Source: a virus. Taken from it: 64,000 bases of DNA. Positions within the stretch are counted from its first letter, which is position 1, and every line of letters starts with the position of its first letter. Location: positions 14,857-78,856 of the IMG/VR virus record IMGVR_UViG_3300049215_000481; one strand, given 5' to 3'. The notes below the pieces were generated by a model. It saw only the letters and a program-made list of their open reading frames with translations, was not told where the DNA came from and did not search any database. Of the stretch, positions 1 through 9,427 are shown one piece after another. A program made the position numbers and the translations under genes.

Positions 1-329
1 ACACCCATTTGCCCACCCTCACCGATCGCCTCTTATACGGCAAGCACGAATCTTCCAGGACGAGCAGACGCCCAACCGGCGCAGGCCAGACTCGTCTCTC
101 TGGTCCAGGACAGGACGTCACCTACGAGCAGGCGCCCCGTCACGAAAGAGACGACATCAGCATTCCACCCGATAGCGAAGTGAACCACCGAACACCGTCC
201 CCAGTCCCAAGCGCCGCTCGACTGTCCAGCTCACAACGTCCCGCCTGGTGTCCCAACATCATCTCGAACACCAGGACGAGGAAGCGAGCCACCTACTTCA
301 CCTAGAACGCAGAGCTTAGTCCCCTACAG

Positions 330-960
330 GAACCCGAACTCGAACCCGAACTCGAACACCAACCCCTGAGCCAAGCCAGCCAAGAGCTGTAGAGCCCACA
401 GGGGAAGGAGCTGACCAAGCGCCTAGGCGAGCAACTGGTCAAGCGCCTGCGGTGGCCCGGAGGGCCTGGGAGGGGCGATTCGGATACCGCGCGGTCGACG
501 ACGCGCGACGCCCAAAAGTGACCCGACGCGTCACCTAGCGCCAGCTCTGCGCCATCAACGGATGCCCCCTCCGTTGATGCAGCGCCGTTTCTCTCGTCTT
601 TACGCGCATATACGTGCGCACGCACGCGTAGGCGCTGCGCAGGCGCTGCGCAGGCGCTGCAATCGCGCCGCGTCAACGCCCCGGCTGCAAGCGCCGGGCC
701 ACCGCCGCCGGGGATAGTACTACCCGGGGGTGTTTTACGGTAAGGGGCCCCACTTTTCGAGAACCCGGCGGCTCCGCCTGCCGCAGCTACCCAGTCCCAC
801 CCGGCCAGGGATCTCGCCCACCGTCGCCGACCAGGCCCACGGGAAGCCCCACGAGAGGGACCGACCGCAGGAGCTTGACCAGCCGCGTCGCCACATCTGA
901 CGCAGGAGCTGATGCAGCAGCTTCTCCAGCAGCTTCTCCAGCATCTTCTCCAGCATCTTC
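330..960. repeat. Cluster of short tandem and inverted repeats in a gene-free region
   Basis: GAACCCGAACTC x2.5 (330-359); 10-bp inverted repeat CATCAACGGA/TCCGTTGATG (553-579); AGGCGCTGCGC x~3 (630-660); TAGTACTA palindrome flanked by CCGGG/CCCGG (708-727); CAGCAKCTTCTC x~4 (915-960). Confidence 0.8.
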
Positions 961-1306
961 ACCGTCCCCGCGCGCGAGCCCCACGCCAGAGGCCCCCACC
1001 CACCACCCCGGCGGCACACCCGGGGGTGTCCAAAACGGTTCAGGGTCCCATCCAGGGTAACCCAGGGCCACGAAGAGGACCCGGGCGCGCGCCGCGAGGC
1101 GACACCGGGTGACGGGAGGCGACACCAAGTCCGTTGGACCCCGCTACTGGAGTAGCCCGCGGGCCGCGCCGCTCCAGAGGTTCCAAGTTTTTTCGGGGGG
1201 GCTGGAACATCCGCTCCTGGGGACATTCGCTATCAGCTCTTCAGAACCGCCGGAGAGGCCCCGAGGGGCAGCCGGCACCACCCCGGAATTTTTGAGGAGC
1301 CAGATC

Positions 1307-2215
1307 ATGAATCCGAGCACGAACATCCGAGTCAGCCCCTTCCAGTCCGCCTTCCAGTTCCGCCCCGTCCCGGTCTACACGACCCGGGTCGAGACGATGA
1401 CGCCCGACCGCGCCCGGTCGCTGCTGGACAACCCGAGCCGCCCGCAGAACCGCCCCATCACTCCGAGCCAGGTCGAGCTGATCAAGACGGCGGTCCGTCG
1501 CGGCGAGTACCGGACGCACGCGCGGGACATCCTCCTGCACTACCTCTCGGGTGTCCTGCTGGACGGCCAGCACTTCTGCACGGCCGTGGTCGAGCTGGGC
1601 GTGCCGGTGAACGTCAAGGTGACGTACGGGATCGAGGAGGACATGCTCGCCCGCGACTTCAACAAGCCCCGGAGCCTCGCGGACCAGCTCGGTTTCGCGG
1701 ACGGCACGCCGGCCTTGACGAACAGGGCCTTCCAGGGGCTGCTCCGCGCGGTCTTCGCGATGGAGACGGGCCAGAACGCGAACTCGAAGATCACGGTCGG
1801 CGAGGCCCACGAGCGCCTCGCGACGATCGGTGAGGAGCACCTCGCGGCCGTGGTGCCGTACGCGACCCGCGTCCGCTACTCCATCCTCGCCGCCCTCGCC
1901 TACCTGCGGCCGACGAACCCGGCCCAGATCGACCGCCTCGCCAAGATCACGGTGGGCGAGGTGGACCCGGTGACGGACACCGAGATCGCATTCAAGGGCC
2001 TCAGCCACAAGTTCAAGACGACGAAGGTCGGCGGCACCTACGCCGAGGCGCGCCTCACGGTCCGCGGCATCCTCGCGCACCTGCGCGGCGAGAAGCGGAA
2101 GCGCCTCCGCATCGAGACCGAGGGCACCTTCCTCCGCGAGGGGGTCGTGGCCGCCCAGGACCTCCGCCGCCGTGCCGGCGTCGCCCCGTTCGTGTGGCGC
2201 GCGACGCAGTCGTAA
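1307..2215 (+). CDS. ParB/Srx-like N-terminal domain protein
   Basis: GAGGAG SD then ATG at 1307; TPDRARSLL..NRPI..LLDGQH motif resembles phage ParB-like proteins (DGQHR, with the R replaced by F). Confidence 0.6.
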   Translation: MNPSTNIRVSPFQSAFQFRPVPVYTTRVETMTPDRARSLLDNPSRPQNRPITPSQVELIKTAVRRGEYRTHARDILLHYLSGVLLDGQHFCTAVVELGVPVNVKVTYGIEEDMLARDFNKPRSLADQLGFADGTPALTNRAFQGLLRAVFAMETGQNANSKITVGEAHERLATIGEEHLAAVVPYATRVRYSILAALAYLRPTNPAQIDRLAKITVGEVDPVTDTEIAFKGLSHKFKTTKVGGTYAEARLTVRGILAHLRGEKRKRLRIETEGTFLREGVVAAQDLRRRAGVAPFVWRATQS

Positions 2216-2316
2216 GAGCGACCGGCGCAGACCAGGCCCCGCACTGCCTCACGGTGGTGCGGGCCTTCGTGCGTCTGGGGCGACATTCGCTATCGGCTCC
2301 CCGGAGGACACAGACC

Positions 2317-2442
2317 ATGCAGCTCAAGACCGTCGTCACGAAGACCAGCACCGAGAACTCCTCGGCCGATCTCGAACCCCGCGGGTACGCCATCGTCGCC
2401 GCGGGCCAGGGCAGGCGCGGATTCGCTATCGGCTCTACATGA
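2317..2442 (+). CDS. Small hypothetical protein (41 aa)
   Basis: TTCGCTAT motif plus GGAGGA SD before ATG 2317; stop overlaps the next ATG. Confidence 0.5.
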   Translation: MQLKTVVTKTSTENSSADLEPRGYAIVAAGQGRRGFAIGST

Positions 2443-2876
2443 ACAAGCTCTCCTGGTTCCCATTCAGTCAGCGCCTCATCGAGTTCGCCCCGAGCCCCCA
2501 GGCGGAGGCCGGCGTCCGCGGCAGCGTCACGATCTACGGCGACACGTACGAGGCTGTGGCCTACAGCGAGAACGACGCCGTGATCGCCGAGGCCATCTTC
2601 ACTAACCTCGACGAGGCGAAGAGCTTCGTCGAGAAGCTCGTCAACGGCTCCGCCGGCACCCCGCGCCCGACCTTCCCACCCAAGAAGGGTGACGTGTGGG
2701 CGTGGGACGGGACGTTCCGAGACACGGAGACGCGCGACGCGCCCGAGCTGGTCACGTTCACCGGCACCGTCGACATGCACGGCCACTTCGAGTGCACGCA
2801 CCCGGGCCTCGTCTCGGGGACCTGGGCGAAGGAAGCCTTCTTCGACGGGCGCCTCATCCCCGTCCGCTGCGGCTGA
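2439..2876 (+). CDS. Hypothetical protein
   Basis: ATG 9 nt after TTCGCTAT; GC3-rich codon usage. Confidence 0.7.
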   Translation: MNKLSWFPFSQRLIEFAPSPQAEAGVRGSVTIYGDTYEAVAYSENDAVIAEAIFTNLDEAKSFVEKLVNGSAGTPRPTFPPKKGDVWAWDGTFRDTETRDAPELVTFTGTVDMHGHFECTHPGLVSGTWAKEAFFDGRLIPVRCG

Positions 2877-2906
2877 TTCGCTATCAGCCCTCCGGAGGTC
2901 ACGAAC

Positions 2907-3359
2907 ATGAACCAGATCCAGAACGCCACCGTCCGCGCCCGCAAGCTCGGGAAGCTCATCCGCAACGAGGTCGCCGCCGGCAACTTCAAGGTCGACTCCG
3001 GCTACCTGGCAGAGTCGTCCCTCACCCGGAAGTGCTACGGCTGCGCGCTCGCCGCAGCAGCCTACGCGCTGGGGACTCGGCCGAAGCCTGAGGACTCCTA
3101 CCTCGGCCGCGAAGAGCTTCTCGACACGGTCAGCGCGTGCCCGACCGTCAAGATCTCGCGCCGAGAGGCCGCGCAGTTGGAGATGGGCTTCGAGCAGTGG
3201 GGCTCCGTCTACACCTGGAGCGAACCCAACGAGACTGGGAACCACATGCTCGTGAAGAGCGACACGAGGAACCCGTTCTACCGCCTGGGTGCGCGCCTCC
3301 GCGTGGAGCGCGACAAGGCCCGCGCGGCGGCGGCTCGGACTCGGGCTCGTCGGTCCTGA
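2907..3359 (+). CDS. Hypothetical protein
   Basis: Motif plus GGAGG SD; clean ORF. Confidence 0.75.
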   Translation: MNQIQNATVRARKLGKLIRNEVAAGNFKVDSGYLAESSLTRKCYGCALAAAAYALGTRPKPEDSYLGREELLDTVSACPTVKISRREAAQLEMGFEQWGSVYTWSEPNETGNHMLVKSDTRNPFYRLGARLRVERDKARAAAARTRARRS

Positions 3360-3387
3360 TTCGCTATCAGCTCTTCAGGAGGACACG

Positions 3388-3759
3388 ATGAACACCGTCA
3401 AGACACTCGAACGCGCCACGCGGCTCTCTCGCCGTATCAACCACAACAAGGGCCAGATGTACCGCGGCGGTACGCCGTCGAGGCCCCAGTCCTGCTGCGC
3501 AATCGGGCTCCTTCACCTCGCCAGCTCCGGCAAGGCCGACGGGCCGTTGACCGGGAACCTGATGAAGCCCGACGTGCGCGAGGCAGTTGCGCTCGCGAAG
3601 GTCGTCGCGTTCGAGGACGAGAACTACTACTACGAGCCCTCCCTCTACCGCTGGAACGACCGACCGAGGACGGAGAAGAAGGACGTCGTCCAGGTCATCG
3701 ACGCGGCCTACGTCCTGGCTCTGCAGGAGCAGGGCATCGAGCCCGAGGACGTCCTCTAG
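3388..3759 (+). CDS. DUF6197-like phage protein
   Basis: AGGAGG SD; CCAIG...WNDxPxxxKxDVV signature; paralog of 5971..6351. Confidence 0.65.
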   Translation: MNTVKTLERATRLSRRINHNKGQMYRGGTPSRPQSCCAIGLLHLASSGKADGPLTGNLMKPDVREAVALAKVVAFEDENYYYEPSLYRWNDRPRTEKKDVVQVIDAAYVLALQEQGIEPEDVL

Positions 3760-3763
3760 CCCG

Positions 3764-3960
3764 ATGAAATTTTTGTCGGGGGGAGCCGGAAGCGCTGCAG
3801 CCGGCTCTGCGTCACGTGGGGTGAAGGCCGCTGGGCGTTCCACCTCTTCGTCGATCGCGAGTACTAGGCCTGGGGGCACGTCGTAGAGAACGGCGACGTG
3901 CCCGAGTACACGCTCGACATCTGGGGTCTCGGCCCTCTCTTCCAGGTCATCAGGGCCTGA
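3764..3960 (+). pseudogene. Possible disrupted small gene
   Basis: A frame with phage-like codon usage ends at the TGA abutting the next motif, but it has an in-frame TAG near 3865 and the nearby ATG is one base out of frame. Confidence 0.35.
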
Positions 3961-3977
3961 TTCGCTATCAGCCCACC

Positions 3978-4520
3978 ATGGACTGCAAAGCAGAGAAGTG
4001 GTGGAGAGTGGTGTTCCCCTTCCCCGACGACGCGGACGGGACGCACATCAAGACGCACGTCGTCCCGGACAGCCTGCTGCAGCCGCTGCTCGCTGACCTG
4101 AAGGCCCGCTACCAGCAGGACCCGCACGAGGTCGTCGAGCAACCCGACTACTGGGTGGACTACGGCGGGATGGCGGTGGGCGGCGAGCCCGAGATCTCGA
4201 CCGAGGTCGCCGGCCTCAAGGTCGAAATGAAGGTCCACTTCTTCGACGGCTTCCTCAGGGCGCTGAAGAACAGCAAGCCGCGCCGCTTCGCCGACGGCCC
4301 CGAGTACGTCAAGCACCACGCCTGGTTCCTGTGCCTGGTGCTCACTCTGGAGCAGGAGGACGAGCTGCACCAGAAGCTCGCGGTGCAGTCGGACGAAGCC
4401 CACCGGCTCGACGACGAGTTCATGGACCGGCTCAAGCCCGTGGTGGCCGAGCTGAAGAAGAACCCGCACCTGCACATGAACGACCTGCCGGTGCGCCCGG
4501 TCGAGCCGGTAGGGAACTGA
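3978..4520 (+). CDS. Hypothetical protein
   Basis: ATG 9 nt after TTCGCTAT; 180 aa ORF. Confidence 0.75.
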   Translation: MDCKAEKWWRVVFPFPDDADGTHIKTHVVPDSLLQPLLADLKARYQQDPHEVVEQPDYWVDYGGMAVGGEPEISTEVAGLKVEMKVHFFDGFLRALKNSKPRRFADGPEYVKHHAWFLCLVLTLEQEDELHQKLAVQSDEAHRLDDEFMDRLKPVVAELKKNPHLHMNDLPVRPVEPVGN

Positions 4521-4984
4521 TGAACGTCCACGGCATCGTCCTGATGGGCGACCTCCTCGCGCCGTACAACACGATCGACGTCGGTGGCCTGGAGAACATC
4601 GGGCACTTCATCGCTCGCGGCGAGGTGTGGTCCAGCGACAGGGACAGGAACAACCTCGACTCCATCCTCGGCCGCATCCTGGACGCGAAGATCGTCCTCA
4701 CGTCGAACGACTGTAGGTCCGATTCGGACCGCGCGCTGCTCGACGTCGCGCGCGGCCAGCCGTTCGTCCGGGCCAGCGTCGAGATCTACAAGTCGAAGGC
4801 CGACCTGGTGGCCGTCCTCCTGAAGGGCCTGCGCTGGTCAGCGTGGGGCACCGCGCTCGAAAAGACCGACGACCCAGTCGCACGCCACATGCACGTCCAC
4901 CGGTATGCGCTCCACGGCATCAACGTCGAAGCCGCCCGCCTCCACGAGGTGTCTCCGTACCGACTGTTCCCGGGGCTTGGCTGA
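4520..4984 (+). CDS. Hypothetical protein
   Basis: TGATG coupling with the upstream gene (MNVHGIV...). Confidence 0.7.
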   Translation: MNVHGIVLMGDLLAPYNTIDVGGLENIGHFIARGEVWSSDRDRNNLDSILGRILDAKIVLTSNDCRSDSDRALLDVARGQPFVRASVEIYKSKADLVAVLLKGLRWSAWGTALEKTDDPVARHMHVHRYALHGINVEAARLHEVSPYRLFPGLG

Positions 4985-5018
4985 CGAGCTGATCGAGCTG
5001 ATTCGCTATTCGCTCCAC

Positions 5019-5300
5019 ATGAACAAGAAAGCTGTCGCTGGCTTCTTCCTGGCCCTGACCCTCGTCGTCACTACGGTCTGCTGCCTGAACGACCCCGTGT
5101 CGACGCAGCCGACCAACAACGCCCACGTGCCCGTGTCGCTGCTCTTCGAGCACGACGGGTGTAAGGTGTTTCGGTTCACCGACGGCCAGTACGCGCGCTA
5201 CTTCGCGCTCGGCACCTGCGGCGACGCCTCGGTCTCGCACGTCGAGAGCTGCGGCAAGAACTGCTCGCGCCCGGTCGAAGTGCCGTCGGTGAACAAGTGA
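5019..5300 (+). CDS. DUF4884-like secreted/lipoprotein
   Basis: N-terminal signal with Cys; LLFEHDGCKVFRFTDG motif; ATG 9 nt after the motif. Confidence 0.65.
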   Translation: MNKKAVAGFFLALTLVVTTVCCLNDPVSTQPTNNAHVPVSLLFEHDGCKVFRFTDGQYARYFALGTCGDASVSHVESCGKNCSRPVEVPSVNK

Positions 5301-5953
5301 AGACCATCTACCTCGCCAACCCGTACGGCTTCTCGCCGACCCAGCGGGCCGCGCTCCTCCCGCCCATCATCGGCGCGCTGGAGAAGATGGGCTTCGAGGT
5401 GTGGGAGCCCTTCTCTCGCTGCTCGTCCGCCGACTTCACGCGGCCCGAGTGGGTTCGCGAGGTTGGCCAGCAGTGCCTCAGCGACGTGCGGAACGCGGAC
5501 GCCATCTTCGCCATTGTGAACGGCTGTCCGCCCGACGAGGGCGTGATGTTCGAGCTGGGCTACGCCGTCGCGCTCGGGAAGCCCTTCTTCCTCTTCCGGG
5601 ACGACTTCCGGAAGTGCACCGACAGCAACGAGCTGCCTCTCAACCTCATGGCGTTCGTCGGCCTGCAGAACCACGAGGACTGGCGAGCGCGGTACTTCAC
5701 CTCGCTCAACGACCTCAACGACAAGCGGAAGCAGCTCTACGCCTTCGCGCCCCGACAGAGGCCCGAGCCGGCCGCCGGCCAGTGGTGGCGATTCCCGGGC
5801 GAGCGCCCGTACCGGCTCACGCGCAGGTACCACGACGACCTCGACTGGTGCTGCGAGCACGAGCCGGGCGCCGACGACGGCCTGATGTACGACTCCGACT
5901 TCCAGGACCCGCGCGTCATCTACTGCGGCGACGGCGAAACGCCCAGCGAGTGA
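5297..5953 (+). CDS. Nucleoside 2-deoxyribosyltransferase / nucleotide N-glycosidase family protein
   Basis: IYLAxP, VWEP, D..vrnADAIFA, DEGVMFELGYAVALGKP motifs. Confidence 0.85.
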   Translation: MKTIYLANPYGFSPTQRAALLPPIIGALEKMGFEVWEPFSRCSSADFTRPEWVREVGQQCLSDVRNADAIFAIVNGCPPDEGVMFELGYAVALGKPFFLFRDDFRKCTDSNELPLNLMAFVGLQNHEDWRARYFTSLNDLNDKRKQLYAFAPRQRPEPAAGQWWRFPGERPYRLTRRYHDDLDWCCEHEPGADDGLMYDSDFQDPRVIYCGDGETPSE

Positions 5954-5970
5954 TTCGCTATCAGACCACC

Positions 5971-6351
5971 ATGAGCACTCAAGTCGGATACGCACTGAGG
6001 CGCGCGGCGCAGATCGCAGAGCGCCTCGACCACTGCAAGGGTCTGATGTTCGTCCGAGACCGCGACAAGCGACCGGTCTCCTGCTGCACCATCGGAGCCG
6101 TCCAGCTCGCTTGCTTCGACCTCGATCTGGATGCCTCGGTGTTCAAACGTGCGCTCCAGCACCTCTACCTGATGAAGCCGGAGTTCAACGGCGAGATCGG
6201 CATCTGGAACGACAAGCCAGAGACCAGGAAGGACGACGTCGTCGCGCTCCTCCGGCAGGCGGCCGACGACCTCGATCCGCCGGTGACGCAGGCGTCGCGC
6301 GAGACGGCCGCGATGGTCGCGCAGCTCACCCGCAAGTGGCCGGTGAAGTGA
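5971..6351 (+). CDS. DUF6197-like phage protein (paralog)
   Basis: SCCTIGA...WNDKPETRKDDVV; ATG 9 nt after the motif. Confidence 0.65.
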   Translation: MSTQVGYALRRAAQIAERLDHCKGLMFVRDRDKRPVSCCTIGAVQLACFDLDLDASVFKRALQHLYLMKPEFNGEIGIWNDKPETRKDDVVALLRQAADDLDPPVTQASRETAAMVAQLTRKWPVK

Positions 6352-6557
6352 TGCTCGCCGTCTACGTCGTCGTGGGCTTCCTCGTGTTCGGCATCGCGGC
6401 GCTGCTGTGGATGCTCTTCATCAACTCCGTCGGCGGGGACCTGAACATCGCGTTCGCGCCCTGGATGCTCTTCTGCGTCGTCTGCTGGGGGATCGCGTGG
6501 GTCGCGAAGCAGCCGTTCCGCGCGATTCGCTATCTGGCCTCCAGGAGTAACCGATGA
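6351..6557 (+). CDS. Small two-TM membrane protein
   Basis: Two hydrophobic segments; coupled to the upstream stop. Confidence 0.6.
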   Translation: MLAVYVVVGFLVFGIAALLWMLFINSVGGDLNIAFAPWMLFCVVCWGIAWVAKQPFRAIRYLASRSNR

Positions 6558-7102
6558 ACGTCAAGGCCCTGATCGCTCAGCGCGACGAAGGCATTCTCCA
6601 CCAGTTCCTGTTCTTCTGGGGCCACCACGGCAAGAAGGACGGCGCCGTCGGCAAGGAGTGCCTCTCGCAGTGGTACCCCGCCCCGTTCCAGTTCGCGGGT
6701 GAGACGTACCCGACGGCCGAGCACTTCATGATGGTCTGGAAGGCTCGCACGTTCGGCGACGAGGCGACGGCGAAGAGGGTCTTCGCAGACCCGAGCCCGG
6801 AGACCGCGAAGTTCTGCGGGCGCGCCGTCCAGGGCTTCAACGACGAGAAGTGGAACCAGTGCAAGTTCCAGATCGTCGTCACCGGCAGTTTCGCCAAGTT
6901 CAGCAAGAACCCCGCGCTGCGCGAGTTCCTCCTCAGCACCGGCGACAAGGTGCTCGTCGAGGGGAGTCCGCACGACAGAATCTGGGGCATCGGCATGAGA
7001 GGCGACCTAAACCCGGATTCATTCGACCCGCGCAAGTGGCGCGGCGAGAACCTGCTCGGGTTCGCGCTGATGGAAGCGCGCCGGATGATCCGCGCGCAGT
7101 AA
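6554..7102 (+). CDS. NADAR (YbiA-like) family protein
   Basis: FFWGH, LSQWY, YPTAEHFMM..KA..FGD, KF, LVEGSPHDRIWGIG, WRGENLLGFALM motifs. Confidence 0.92.
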   Translation: MNVKALIAQRDEGILHQFLFFWGHHGKKDGAVGKECLSQWYPAPFQFAGETYPTAEHFMMVWKARTFGDEATAKRVFADPSPETAKFCGRAVQGFNDEKWNQCKFQIVVTGSFAKFSKNPALREFLLSTGDKVLVEGSPHDRIWGIGMRGDLNPDSFDPRKWRGENLLGFALMEARRMIRAQ

Positions 7103-7110
7103 CAGTCTTC

Positions 7111-7231
7111 GGTCCCAGTCGAGGCACAGGACCCGCGGGTAGCTCCCGCCTCAGGGTTCGATTCCCTCCGTGGTTTGGACAGAGCCGGTTCGAGTCCGGC
7201 ACTTCGACGTTGGCGGCACGGCGCCGGGACC
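7111..7231 (+). ncRNA. tRNA-like structured RNA with two TpsiC-type loops
   Basis: AGGG-TTCGATT-CCCT and GCCGG-TTCGAGT-CCGGC hairpins closed by GTCGAGG/CTTCGAC and GGTCCC/GGGACC stems; no canonical anticodon arm or CCA. Confidence 0.55.
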
Positions 7232-7251
7232 ACTTTCGCTATTAGGACCAC

Positions 7252-7497
7252 ATGAAGAAGCTCCCAAAGCTCACCGAGGACCTGCTGAACGAACCGATCC
7301 ACAACCTCGGCACCGTCTCGAAGTCCGTGAAGCTCACGTGGCACATGGACGGAGGCGTGGAGCCGATCACCGGCAAGCCTCACCAGCACCTCGCAGCGTG
7401 CGTGCTCCAGAACATGAACCTCTGGACGCGCGAAGGCGGCTACGAGGTCGCCCTGTCACTCAGCCTCGACGGCTGCGACGTCAACGAGCTGCCGTGA
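7252..7497 (+). CDS. Hypothetical protein
   Basis: ATG 9 nt after the motif. Confidence 0.65.
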   Translation: MKKLPKLTEDLLNEPIHNLGTVSKSVKLTWHMDGGVEPITGKPHQHLAACVLQNMNLWTREGGYEVALSLSLDGCDVNELP

Positions 7498-7709
7498 CGA
7501 TCGCCCGCGCCTTCGTAGTGGCCTGCGTCTCCCTCGCGGTCCTCGTGCTCGCCCTGTCGGACGACAACGTCGTGTCGACCGAGGCGTGCTACCAGGCCAT
7601 CCACGAGGTCGAGGAGGGCTGCAAGAAGGAGCTGCGCGCCTGCGACGAGCGCGCCTACCAGAACTACAACCGCGGCTGGAGCAACGCCGCGATGAACACC
7701 TGCCCATGA
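7494..7709 (+). CDS. Small protein with N-terminal TM/signal
   Basis: GTGA overlap; hydrophobic N-terminus. Confidence 0.55.
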   Translation: MTIARAFVVACVSLAVLVLALSDDNVVSTEACYQAIHEVEEGCKKELRACDERAYQNYNRGWSNAAMNTCP

Positions 7710-8149
7710 GCGACACACCTCTACACGGACACACCTTCCTGGGTCCGAATGGCACCTGCATCTGCTGCGGCGATCCGGGCCCTGAGCAGGGAGCGTGTAT
7801 CCCGCAGGTGCTCATGGCCATCGGCGAGCCACCTCTTCGAAAAGAAGAGCTGATCGAGATGCGGCGTGAGTGGAAGCCGCCCGTCGTCGGCGACACGCAC
7901 CCTTTCCCGTGGCGCACGAAGCGCCACCGAAGCAACGACCGCTTTCAGAACGTCGTGTTCGTCATCCTCGACCGGCGCGACCGGTTCGTGGCTGAGAGCG
8001 AGTCCCAGCATGTCGCCGAGGCGATCGTCAACACGATGAACGCAGCGGCAGCGAAGCAGGACCAGGTCGTCGAGCTGCAGCCGGGCGTCTACACCGACCC
8101 CAGCGTGAAGAGCGCCTTCGCCGACCTGCCGCCCAAGGACAAGAAGTAG
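7706..8149 (+). CDS. Hypothetical protein
   Basis: ATGA overlap (MSDTPLHGH...). Confidence 0.6.
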   Translation: MSDTPLHGHTFLGPNGTCICCGDPGPEQGACIPQVLMAIGEPPLRKEELIEMRREWKPPVVGDTHPFPWRTKRHRSNDRFQNVVFVILDRRDRFVAESESQHVAEAIVNTMNAAAAKQDQVVELQPGVYTDPSVKSAFADLPPKDKK

Positions 8150-8184
8150 CCGGCCCGCGTTCGCTGATTCGCTATCTGCCCATC

Positions 8185-8742
8185 ATGGACAACATCCAGC
8201 ACCTCACCAGCGCAGCGCTCAGCCTCGCCCTCAAGCTCCTCCAGGCGAAGGACCGCATCGCCGACCTCGTTCGTCAGAACGAGATCCTGACCAAGCAGCG
8301 CGACCGCGCCAACAAGCGCACGGCCGACCTCGACGCCAACTACATGGAGAGCCTCAAGAAGCTGCAGAAGCAGCTCGAACAGGCTGTCGATGAGGCGTTC
8401 GACGACGGCAAGAGGGAAGGCCGCATCGACGCCAGCACGGACCGCATGAACCGCGCCCCCAAGAGCATCGCGCCGGAGGTCACTCCGTTCGGGATCATCT
8501 ACCCGAACAAGCTCCTCAGCTCGATCGCCGGTGCCACCAACGTCACCTGGACGAACGAGCCGTACGGCACGACCCGCGAGGTCATCGTGGCCGCCGTCGA
8601 GCACGCGAAGTGGCTCGTGAAGAGCGAGGACGCGCAGAAGGACTTCAACACTGCGTTCGAGGAAGACGCTGCGTTCGCCGCCCGCGCGGTCGACTGGTTC
8701 CTCACGCGCTTCAGCGCCGCGGTCAAGCCCGCCAAGGAATGA
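8185..8742 (+). CDS. Coiled-coil hypothetical protein
   Basis: ATG 9 nt after the motif; heptad-rich N-half. Confidence 0.7.
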   Translation: MDNIQHLTSAALSLALKLLQAKDRIADLVRQNEILTKQRDRANKRTADLDANYMESLKKLQKQLEQAVDEAFDDGKREGRIDASTDRMNRAPKSIAPEVTPFGIIYPNKLLSSIAGATNVTWTNEPYGTTREVIVAAVEHAKWLVKSEDAQKDFNTAFEEDAAFAARAVDWFLTRFSAAVKPAKE

Positions 8743-9419
8743 CTCCCGTCCTGTTTCTCGACTTCGACGGCGTCCTCAACGGCCAGTCGAACAAGGTTGA
8801 GCCGCCTCTAGTTGCGCTGCTCAACCAGATCGTCGAGCAGTCCAGGTGTGACGTCGTCGTGTCGTCCGCCTGGCGCATCGACGGGGTCGAGCGCCTGCAG
8901 GTGGTGTTGAGCAACGCCGGCTACACCGGCACTCTGCGCGATGTCACCCCGAGTGGCGGCTGCACCGAGCACTTTGACCGCGGGTGGATCTGCAGCGAGG
9001 CGCACCGCGGGTTCGAGATCCTGGAGTGGCTCCGCACCAACTACCCCGACGGGGTCTTCCCTCCGATCGTCTGTCTCGACGACTCGTCTGACCTGCACCC
9101 ATTCCTCGACCGGCACGTGCACACACGCTCGTACGTCGGACTGGAGGACCGGCACGTCGCCGAGGCGCTCCAGATCTTGTCCGAGCCGATGGACCCGTTC
9201 TGCACGGGCTGCTGGGCGCAGATCGACCCCGATACCTGCGGGTGTGGCGACTCCCTGAAGTACCACGGCAGTTGTTTGACCGCCGGCCACTCGTTCGTCC
9301 CAATGGGCTGCAACTGCCTCCGCCCGAAGAGGCCCGACTGCGCCGAGTGCGAGAACAAGCGCTTCATCCAGCGCATGTGGGACAAGACGCCCTGCTACTC
9401 GTGCGTGAAACGCTATTAG
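8739..9419 (+). CDS. HAD-family (Swiss-army-knife RNA-repair type) phosphatase with Cys-rich tail
   Basis: LFLDFDGVLN, VVVSSAWR, RGxEIxxWL, LDD motifs. Confidence 0.8.
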   Translation: MTPVLFLDFDGVLNGQSNKVEPPLVALLNQIVEQSRCDVVVSSAWRIDGVERLQVVLSNAGYTGTLRDVTPSGGCTEHFDRGWICSEAHRGFEILEWLRTNYPDGVFPPIVCLDDSSDLHPFLDRHVHTRSYVGLEDRHVAEALQILSEPMDPFCTGCWAQIDPDTCGCGDSLKYHGSCLTAGHSFVPMGCNCLRPKRPDCAECENKRFIQRMWDKTPCYSCVKRY

Positions 9420-9427
9420 GCCTTCAA

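Noticed and set aside
9-1226. ORFs such as 735..1226 (-) with EKMLEKLL repeats and 912..1112 (+) with QQLL repeats
   Set aside because: They are translations of the 12-bp DNA tandem repeat, with no SD, motif or typical codon usage
3764-3960. In-frame TAG as evidence of amber stop-codon recoding
   Set aside because: Many well-supported genes end at TAG (integrase, giant baseplate gene, primase) and long genes are intact under the standard code
7111-7231. Canonical tRNA gene
   Set aside because: No D arm or anticodon arm geometry and no CCA; kept only as a tRNA-like RNA
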